From Paraspadella gotoi (Eukaryota; Animalia; Chaetognatha): a stretch of 64,000 nt of DNA. Location: the NCBI GenBank assembly GCA_051294375.1, contig CM119265.1:12571564-12635563 (forward strand). Direction: 5' to 3'. This document shows positions 51,198 through 62,100 of the stretch, piece after piece. The notes below the pieces were generated by a model. It did no database searches, was not told the origin of the DNA, and saw nothing but the letters and a program-made list of their open reading frames with translations. The first letter of the stretch is position 1; each line of letters starts with the position of its first letter. The translations under genes and the position numbers were made by a program.

Positions 51198-53211
51198 TAG
51201 ACCTTGCCATATATGAAAAGTTTTGAAATCAAAAAAACGGAGTATTGTGTAAAAGGTGCCCATACATCATATGAATTTTTTGAACATTTTTTTTCAAAAA
51301 AAATTATACATGCTGAATTGTAAAAAATGGAAAAAAGGTAAAAATATGGATCTTTTTGCTAAATATCTTTAAAAGCTTTATTGCTAGAGGGACGAAACCC
51401 AAACTATCTTGTAGAGTGGAAAAAAATTGACTATGTACCTCATCGTATTATAAATTAAGTTAGTTTTTTTACTAAGGAAATTTTTTTTAAAACCTATTGT
51501 TTTGGTCAATTTTTGATAAAATTTTTGAAAAATGATATTTTTAACAATGTTTGTAAAATATTTTGTAAAAAAAATTATGGCGAATTGAATAAAGAAATAT
51601 TGCCTTTGTTTTGCTGAAAGAATTTTTAAAAAAGGATTATCGTTAAAAAGTTATAATTTTTTAAATTTAAAAAAAATCACTTTTCTTAATAATTATTTTT
51701 TTAATAGGTTTGAACTAGGCTAAAGGGAAAAAGGGAATGCACTTTTTTCAGAGTAAATAAAAAATAGTAATTCTGATTTGACAATAGGTAACTTTAATAT
51801 TTTTGTCTACCAGGTCATTAAAGTTTGTTTAAATTTTATTATTTTATAATGGAATTATGACTTTTAAATAAGGTAGTTTTTTAATTTTTTTTCTATATAA
51901 AAGAAAAAGAAAAATTGACAAAAGCGATTAATATTTAAAAATTGATAAAATGAGACAAAAAGAGTAAAATAATGAAAGTTAAATAACTGAGAAAAGAGTT
52001 GCTTGCTTGCCAGTCGAGAAAAAAAGGTATAGTGCCAAAGAAGAAAAACTAGTTATTCTATTTTTTTGTTATCTTTTCATGATTTATAGTTAATAATTAA
52101 GTCTATTGTAAATAGTCGATTAGTTTTGAAATATTATTTTAATTCATCTTTGATTTTATTCATTTTCATATCTTTTATAGTTGATGAATTTATCAACAAG
52201 TTGGATCTATTCTAAATTTATCAAGCAAGCTTAATATATTTTTCCAAATCTTTTACAACTTTTGATTAAGCAATATATTTAAGCAAATTATTAATTCAAC
52301 TCAGTTCTGGAGAACTAGCTTGACAAGGTAATTTATGAAAAAATAGAATAACTAGTTTTCTTTCTTTGGCACTCTAGATGATGACTTTTTTTTTCTCGAT
52401 CGGTAAACAGCAAGCAACTCTTCTCTCAGATGCTTTTTTTGTTCATTTTATCAATTTTAATCATTTATCGCTTTGTTAATTTTTCTTTTTCTTTTATATA
52501 GAAAAATTAAAAAAACTACCTTATTTAAAACCCATAATTCCATTATAAAATGATAAAAAGTTAAAAAAACTTTAATGACCTAGTGAGACAAATATTAAAG
52601 ATTACATTGTCAAATAAGAATTTACTATTTTTTTATTTACTTGAAAAAAGTGCATTCCCTTTTTCCCTTTAGCCTAGTTCAAACCTATTAAATAAAAATA
52701 ATTATTAAGAAAAATGATTTTTTTTAAATTTAAAAAAATTATAAATTTTTAACCGATAATCCTTTTTTAAAAATTCTTTCAGCAAAACAAAGGCAATTAT
52801 TTCTTTATTCAATTCGCCATAATTTTTTTACAAAATATTTCACAAACATTGTTAAAAATATCATTTTTTAAAAATTTTATCAAAAAATTGCCCAAAACAA
52901 TAGGTTTTAAAAAAAATTTTCTTAGTAAAAAACTAACTTAATTTATAATGCGAGGTATGTAACATAGTCAATTTTTTTCCACTCTACAAGATAGTTTGGG
53001 TTTCGTCCCTCTAGCAATAAAGCTTTTAAAGATATTTAGCAAAAAGTCCATTTTTTAACCATTTTTTTTTCATTTTTTTCAAAGTTGGCAGCATTTACTG
53101 TAAATTTTTTTTTGAAAAAAAATGTTCAAAAATATCATATGATGTATGGGCACCTTTTACACAATACTCGTTTTTTTTGATTTCAAAACTTTTCATATAT
53201 GGCAAGGTCTA
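51198..53211. mobile_element. 2.0 kb foldback element with ~870 bp arms, TAG...CTA ends and 8 bp TSD (hAT-like, non-autonomous)
   Basis: TAGACCTTGCCATATATGAAAAG at 51198 and CTTTTCATATATGGCAAGGTCTA ending at 53211; ATCCCCAT at 51190-51197 and 53212-53219; arms mirror inward to ~52065/52338. Confidence 0.92.
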
Positions 53212-53455
53212 ATCCCCATTCTTTTCCTTTCCAATCCCCACTTCTCTTCCCAATATTCTTCCTAATATTTTTCCCTTCTTTTCTCTCCAATCCCCACTTC
53301 TCTTCCCAATATTCTTCCCTTCTTTTCCCCTCTAATTCCCACTTCTCTTCCCTATATTCTTCCCATCTTTCCCCCTCCAATCCCCACTTCTCTTCCCAAT
53401 ATTCTTCCTTTATTTTCCCCTCCAATCCCCACTTCTCTTCCCAATATTCTTCCCT
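53212..53455. repeat. Pyrimidine-rich minisatellite, ~44 bp unit, about 5 copies
   Basis: TCCAATCCCCACTTCTCTTCCCAATATTCTTCCC repeated. Confidence 0.9.
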
Positions 53456-53989
53456 GCCTTCTCCATTTTCCGCCGAAATTTTTCGCCGCCGACTCGAAGT
53501 TGTTTCGTTGATCGTCGCCAGGGGATCCGAAGCCCGGAGATGGAGACGTCGACGACGACGAAGACGACGATTACGACGACGACAATGGCAACGACGACGG
53601 TGACTACGGCGCTGATATAACCGTCAAAAAAGTCCGCTCTTAACCAATGCACTGATTCAAAATAACTGCGTTGAAAAATTAAAAACATTACCGAAAACAT
53701 GAATCGTTGGAAGTGAATTTTTTTTAAAAGTGGGGGAGCCGTTGGAGTAGGATTGTTTAGAAGTTGTTTAGGATAGAAGGTTCGCCAAATTGGCTGTTGA
53801 CAATTAAGATTATAATGTATTATAAAGACATGGTCAGTGACCATTGGTCACGCGGAATACATGGGAAATAAATGAGTTCAGGGGAAAGGAGTACGATATT
53901 GGGGAAATTTCCGACGTTGAAGAAACTATCGCCTTTGGATGAAGTCTTGATCAATGGGGTCATAAAAAAAGGTCATCGAGTGGAAGAGG

Positions 53990-54197
53990 TCGTCGTAACG
54001 CCCGCCCACGTTGTCAGTTTCCTTTAATGGTGAAACTATGGCATCGGAGGGACATGTGTGATGCAGTGACCACCCCATGTCACTGGCGTGTTTATGCCGA
54101 CAGCATCACACTTTAACCAGCGTGATCGTGAGGGGATTGAACCCGGAAATCACGGTTGGTGAACGAGTACTTAGCTGTCCAAGCCAATGGGACGAGC
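53990..54197 (-). mobile_element. Putative tRNA-derived SINE
   Basis: Minus strand head GCTCGTCCCATTGGCTTGGACAG (A-box-like) ... CCGGGTTCAATCCCC (B-box) with tRNA spacing; 3' extent uncertain. Confidence 0.45.
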
Positions 54198-56109
54198 TGA
54201 GTTTCACCAAGCTATACGGGAGGCGAATTTAGGATTCGCCACAAAACTCTCTTTTCCGTTAGCTGGCGAGCTTAGACTTAAAACTTTAGGGTACGTCGGA
54301 AGACGACGTCTTAATATGTAGATTAAGTAGTTGAAATTAAAATTTTTAATAGACTAGTATAGCTTAAATTGGAAGCTACCACGATGACTTCGTCTAGTAC
54401 GATTACTTCCTTTGATTAAAAACTGCGAAGAAGGAAAAGTCTTTGGAGTGGCGGGCCTCCTTTGGAGTGGCGAGCGCCCTCAGACGGGGGTGGATGTCGA
54501 AAATGATGATGGTCGAGTCGGGGGTCGGAAAAAATAACTCGTTTGGTCGGTCATTGGTCAATTTAGCGCCATAAAAACCAATCAGCCGTGAACCAGTTTC
54601 TTACGTCGAAGGAAAAAATCGCCGAGCGATTATGGGCATGATCACACGAGATGAAGGCAACCCCGTGACAATCTGGAAAATTCTCATCAAAATATGCACC
54701 ATGATTCATCTATATTCAACTTAAATGTAGTTGATAAATTGAGATTATAGATTATGAGCCCGGCGGATTTTCGCTCCAAAAACGGAGCGCAAAAACCGTT
54801 ACAGAATTGGCAACAATGGTTTCCTGAAAAATCTTCGTCTGCTTTCTTCTTCTGTTGATTCTAATGCAAATTATAGATGGCGTCGCGTCGGTGGAGTCGT
54901 CGGCTTGGTTGTCGTCGTNNNNNNNNNNTTCGACGCGGATGGCGCCGATGTTATTTCATATTCTCGTCTTCGCGGTCATCGTATCGTCGTTTTCGTCTTC
55001 GTCGTCGTTATAAAGTTGAAGTCAACGGCGGGAATATTGTAGTCGTCTTAGTTTTAACGAATGACTTCTTCTTTGTCGTCTTTTTTATCATCTTCGTCTT
55101 CCTTTTCGTCGTCGTCGTCGTCTCAACAAATGGGGAGTGGGCGTGGCACCTCACGACGACTGGCGCGAGACTAGAGGCGAGAGGAGAAAAAAGCGAGAGA
55201 TACAGAAAAAAAAAACGAGAAAAAAAAATATGTTTTTATTAGCTTCATTATTTTTCCGCGCGCGATTTACAATCGAGCGCGCGACCGAAAAGGTGGGGGC
55301 GTTTAATCACGGACTTTTTTGCTTTGAGTTAAATCAACTAAGGGATTTCTACAACTAAACTAAACTTAATTATAAAAATTAACCGCCTCTAATTAGAGTC
55401 TAAATAGTAAATTGTATTTCAGCTAACTACTGCTTCATTCATTACGATCTTTTTACACCTTTTCGCAACTCGCCCCCCATGTTCGAAAGTACCATGAACA
55501 CTGACTCCCAAACCGCTACCATTAACGCCTCTCAAAGATTTGACTTGACCTCGTCATCAAATATGAACCAAAATGATGAACCTCACTTGACCTGACCCGA
55601 TAACTCTTCAAAACCCTTACGTCGGCGATATGAGACTCTTCACTTATGAGACTCTTCACTATTCACCCTTCGACAATCGACATCTTTCTGTCTTCTCTCC
55701 CTTTAACGATTCAACAGCAGAGGATTAATTTTTGTGAATTTTTTGGGAAATTTTGGAAACAGGATTTAAACATTCAATAATGATTTAAAAGTCAAATACT
55801 TATTTTTAACCGAGACGAAATAATATCACGATGAACTTGCAGAGGAACCGAGATAAAATATCAATTAATTATATGATGTAATATGGCTCTTAGTTTAAGA
55901 TTTGACAGACAGTCACAGCCCTCTCTCTCTCTCTCTCTCTCCTCGTTCATCTGTCTTCTCTTCTTCTCTCTCTATCTTCTCTTCTCTTATCTCCTCTCTT
56001 TCTCTTTCTCCTTTATTATTTTAATTAGCCTCGTTCACTGAGTGCCGCCATTTAGAAGTTAGATTATTATGCTTTGGTTGGTCATCTTTTCAACAAGTGA
56101 ATGGCGTTT

Positions 56110-56181
<72 letters not shown>

Positions 56182-56269
56182 ATCGCACGTGAAATTTCAG
56201 TTTAGATCCGCACCGCAACTCGCGATTTCTCGTTTCCATCTCCCGTTAACATAGGAATTCCACTAATTC

Positions 56270-56501
56270 CAAAGCGGCGCGTCTGATACGACTAGTCTCG
56301 GGTCCGGAGAATGAGGTTTAACCCGGGAAGGGCGTCGGGAGGGGCGGGGCCCGGTAGGCGCGGGATTGGCCGTGGAGTGAATTGGCCGACATGAGCCCGG
56401 GGGAAATGGGGTAGCGCTCCGGTAGAATGAGTCGGAAACTGAATCCGGAATAAACCGGGATTATTGAGCTAAGGATAATCAACGGTTGTTGATTGGTTAA
56501 G
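56270..56501 (+). promoter_or_regulatory. CpG-rich promoter-like region with GC box, inverted CCAAT boxes and a downstream splice donor
   Basis: GGGGCGGGGC at 56341; ATTGG at ~56366, ~56381 and ~56492; AAG|GTAAAT donor at ~56501. Confidence 0.45.
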
Positions 56502-56787
56502 GTAAATATTTTAGGATAATGTTAAAAATAAATTATACAACTGAGCGCATAATTAAAAAAAATTATCGGTAAGACGGCTTAACTCCGTGAAAGTAGTAAT
56601 AATTAAAGCCTTTGGATCTAGGCGGAACGGACGGGAACCGCGGCTCAGTTCAAATTAAAAAAAAATGAAAATGAAAACGAGTTGGTTTAACTTAAGCAAA
56701 AACTAAAACCGTCGTAACTAAGCAACCAGTCGGAAACTAACGAAGAAACCGTGGGAGGAGAAGTAAATGAGCGAGCGAGAGAGAGAA

Positions 56788-56872
<85 letters not shown>

Positions 56873-57106
56873 GGTGGGTCGGGAAAAAAAATCTGCAAAA
56901 GGAAACGTACAGAAGAGAAGCGGGGAAGATAGCGAGGAAAACAGGGGGCGGGCGGGGGATGGAAATAAAAAGAGGGAAAAAAGAAAGGTTGAAATCTTTG
57001 AATAGGTTTCTAGGAGTCATAATTCAGCGCCAGAGGCGGAAAAATGCCACGAAGTGGACGGAGGGCGGCGCTGCGAGAAGCGACAACAAAAAAAAAGAGA
57101 GGCAAC

Positions 57107-57176
<70 letters not shown>

Positions 57177-57270
57177 ACAAGGAAGCGAAGGAGATGGGCT
57201 GACTTAAAACTAATTTAAAATGGGGAAAAATACGGAGAAGAAAGATAAAGCAAATAAATGTACGGTTTTT

Positions 57271-57376
<106 letters not shown>

Positions 57377-57744
57377 AAATTGAGTCGCCTGTGACGTCAT
57401 CACTCACATCCCGCGTTTCTTGTTCGAAGCCAAAAAACCAGTGAAACGTGAATTGAGTTTAGGAAAAAAAAAGAAGAAAATTGGGAGGAAAAGAAAGGAA
57501 ATCACGCTGAAGAAAAGGAAAATCGAGGGCAAAGGGAGATTGTGACTATTATCGAGGACTGGAGATCAAAGGCGGGAAACGGAGGCAGTGCATTGTGGAT
57601 TACTACATTGCTACAAGCCATTGTACTTACCGAAGTTGTAACTTGTAACAGAAAGAGTTGTAAATCAACTGGTCAGAGAGAGATAGATTCAAAATACGTA
57701 ACAAATCTAGAGAATTATTGAGGGAGGCAGCGAGAAAGCACAAG

Positions 57745-57799
<55 letters not shown>

Positions 57800-58542
57800 T
57801 AACAAGTTCGACTTCAAAAAAGTTTTCTGACCGAAAATCATTCGTCACCCAATTTTTGTCGTTTCGTTTTCCATCCGGAATTTCAAAATCCGACGCCGAA
57901 ACTGATCTTTATCGGCGCCGGCATTTTGTACCGGCGGGCGACGCGATGGCGGGCTTTCCCTGTCGGCGGTTTCATTCCGCCGCCGTCGCCGTAAAATAGC
58001 GAGTTGCGGCGGTTTTACCGCTTCTGCCGCGTCTGCGACGTCTGGGGCGCCTGCCGCTTTTGCTTTTCCGGTCCGCCGAGAACGAGACGACGGCGGCGGC
58101 ACGGGCGAGCGATTTCCGGGCTATGGCGGCGTCGGCGGCGTCGGTGGCGTCGGGGGCGGCGTAGTCTGCCGCGCCCACCATCTTTGATTTATCAAAGCTT
58201 TTTAGCTTCCGAACGGAATTCTTCCCCAAAACTTAGAACCGAAATTAATTTCTCGACCTTCTAAAGGAAGAAAAGAAAGAAAAAGAAAAGATAAAAATAA
58301 AAAGGGCTAAGGGTAGGAGGCGGTAGAAAACAAAGGATCTGTAAAGGAAAGCTGGAAAGCAAACATAGAAAAAAGGCGGGTACAAAGAAAAGGACAAAAG
58401 AAACAAAAGAGCATTCGGAATTAAAACAGTTTTCTGTCCGTAGACCCTGGATGGAGTTAGTGGCTGGAAGGCACATAAGATTAAACGGAACATAAAGAAC
58501 TACGCGGGAAATGAGGAGAGGATAATAAAGAAAAGAAATGAA

Positions 58543-58622
<80 letters not shown>

Positions 58623-59149
58623 TGTGGCAAGAGAGAGGGGGAAAAAAGGAAAGTTTGGTCGGAAAAGATATAAAGAAGGGCAAAAAGGAATAAAGACGGA
58701 GACAATGAGAAATTCGCCAAAAAGTTTTCGGGTATCTTTGAGACGGGGCGGACGTTTTTCGCCCGTGAATTTTTTTGGGGGTCGTTTGCGTAATGGGCGA
58801 GCATTAAACTTAAATTAATTCTCCGACCCCAGTCAAAAAAAATTATCTGTATCTCATATTAGACTGAAAAGGTTAATTAAATTTAAAGAAACGAGACGTA
58901 GAAGACTCTAGCAAATGGTACCAAAAAAAAAAGCGAACAAACTACAAAATAGGTTGGTTAAAAATCTTACTCAATAAATTTTCCCAAATTCATTATCATT
59001 TTCTTTCATTTTGCGGTTTGCCACAAATTTATTTTTTTAAAAGTTTGTTCGTTCTGATTTTAATAATAGTACATTTTTGTTTTGAAAATCCCTTCAATGA
59101 GTTCATAATTATTGTTCCGATGGAAGAAAAAAAAAAAACAAACTCACAG

Positions 59150-62100
59150 ATCAGTTTCGTCGAAAGCAGAAACGTGTCCTCCAAATGAACAGCGCCAAAC
59201 TAGGATTATCGTCTGCGTCCAAGGATCGCGACGATAAAGCGGGAAGATCTTTACCATTGTTATTATCTGCCGCTGACGGCGAAGCCCCACGTCGGAGGAG
59301 GAAGAGACTGACACACGGACATTCATCTGAGATTTTTCGCAGTTACTTTCGTTTCGAACATCCTATGGACGACGAAACGAAACGATGCGAAACGAAACGA
59401 AATGAAAGAAAACAAAAAACGGAAAGAAACGAATCGAATGACTTGGACGCCGACGTCTTCGGCGAATCTCATGACGTCGTCAGGTCAGACTTTAACCACA
59501 AAGAAGACCACGGCGACGAAGAGCGCTTTGACTTTTTCCGAGATCACAAAACTGTGGATGAATCGGAAAAGCGAGCTGGGGAAATTGTGAACTTGAGCGG
59601 CGAGTATAATAACGACGCAGGAGGTGGCGTTGGCGACGTGGGTGTCGGCGCTACTTACGAAGTAAAACGCTGCTGGGGAAACGACGGAGTAGCCGATGGG
59701 GTAGCTGATGGGGTAGCTAACGGAGCAGTCGTTGCATCGAGAGTCCATTCCGAAAACCAATTTTATCTGACGACGACGTCGATTTGCGTGGAAGGAATCG
59801 AAGACACGGGATCCCAAGGGCGACTCTACTTTCGTCTCGTCGCTGGGATCCAGGTACGGCGCCATCGCTTTACACATTATTAAATTATCAATTATAATTA
59901 AAAATAATTACTATCATTCCAATCCTTTAATGAAAATTATCACGGCCACATCTAATATATAATAATCGCAAGATGTCTCTTTCCAGTTAAAAGCTTATTT
60001 TTCAACGGTCTTTAATTTAGTTAATCATCGTCATGTCGTTTGACTCGAAAACTTTCCGCGTTCACGATTCAATCTTTCGCCTTGAGTTTGTCCACGAGTG
60101 CCACGAACTTCTTTTCCGCTTGACTCTTGTCCATGTCGCCCAACGAGTTCCATGCTTTCCACTTTTGAATCGCTACCTCCGCGATCCACGAGTCTTTCGG
60201 CGGCGGAACCGGTCGGTGTTTCTCGAGAGTGGAAAGAGGAATTGAGAGTTGAAGAACGAACGAGTGATTGATTTAATGAACAAAGGACAGAAAAAAATGA
60301 ATGAATGAAATAAAAAATGAATAATTGAATAAATATGTACATAAATATATACATATTTAAATAAAATAAATAAATAAATAAAAAATAAATAAATAAACCA
60401 AAAAAAGTTAAACTCTCTCGAACCTTGCAAGGTCCGACAGTTGCCTGCTTGTAGAGAGCGAAGAGTTCTAATTGCGTTTCAGGCGGAATTGCCCGCCTGA
60501 TGGAATGAAGCTTCTTTTCCGCGCTTGATATCGAACTCAAGAGAAGTCGGGTTTGAGAGAACCTGGCGGCGAAAGAAAGGAGAGTAGGAATTTTTGGGAA
60601 ATAAATTTCACTCCATTACAAAAATTACAAAGTGTTATAACAAATATCAAATCTTACGAAAATGTTCCTCCATTGAAACCCACGCCTCTCGTCGACAGTA
60701 GCTCCGTCGTCCCCGTCGTCTTTTCCGACTTCGTCAGCGCCCTCCAGAGTTTCATGGAGGAAATTCGCGAATTGTTCATTTGTCAGGGGAATCGAGATCA
60801 AAGTTTTCGAATTCATTTAAGTCGACGATCGAGTCGAAGTCGGTATTCCACGTTTCGAGCTCTCGATTGTAACTGCGGGAATTTTTTACGGTCTTCTATA
60901 CTGTAGCTTAATGTAGCAAAATCGTTTATATTAAAAATTTTAACGGGAAAAGTTCGAATAAGATTGGTACTACTAATATAAAAATAGGGTATCTACCCCT
61001 GGATTAAGGCCTGCATCCCACTTACGAGATAATAACATAGCGGGACCCTGCAATCTTTTAATCAAGACTATCTTACAGATAAGTTTAATCCCTCCCTCAA
61101 TAAATTCATATAATATTTGAATAGGACAAAAAATTTTATCAATGAAAGAATCGCGACAGAAATCGGAACCAATTTTGTTTTAAAAGGAAACGAAAACTGC
61201 GGAGGTGGATTTTTCCCGCAACCCTCGATGGACGAAGGAAACGGCGATTCTATGGGACGTCGAGGAGCCTTTGAAGATGGAATTGTGGCATCGAATCGAC
61301 AGCAGGAGCGAAGTCAAACTGGCCGAGACCGTGATAGAGATCAGGTGTGAGACAGAAATGTCTGGTTGATCGCATTCAATGTAGAGTTATTTTAAAGTTG
61401 AATCACTTGAACAGGAAATTCTTTCACTATCAACACGTCTCCATCGATCTCACTTCTGGCGGCACCGGCACCGGCGCAGCGCGACTGACGCTGGCTCTGC
61501 AAATCACGCGGGCGGCGCGGTGCCGAGTGGGAGATGTTCTGTCAGCTACGAACGAACCGCTTACGGATGTAATTACTTTAAGTGAAGACGAAGAAGAAGC
61601 ACCGGTAAGAAAGCTTTACAGCTTTACAGCTTTCCTATTTCAAATGGTCGTCGAGCGTTTTTGCATTTTATTTTAGGAATAACAGTTTTTGTGTTTTAAT
61701 GAATTTTAATCATAATTTATAGGACTTGTTTCGACTCATGTTTTCTAGAGTCTTCATCAGCGTTTTATTTTATTGTAAATTTTGGCTCATAATAATTGTA
61801 ATTTTGCAGGATGATAGTGCCTGTTTGACACAAGGTGAGGAATTTTTAAATCAGTCAAAAGCATTTCCATATATCTTATAAAACATTTATGAATGAAATT
61901 GAAATCGGACAATGAATGTTTAATTGATTATTTTATTGATTATTATATATTTTTCAACTGAACCGTGTCGCATTAAACCAACCCTCTTTTCGAAATCCCA
62001 GAGTCCGTGGAGGCAGAGAGCGTCTCAGTCGTCAGCAGACCCAACGCCGTCGGAACTCTCCAAGTTCGCCTCCTCAGGGGCGAAGGCTTCTCGGGTCTGA

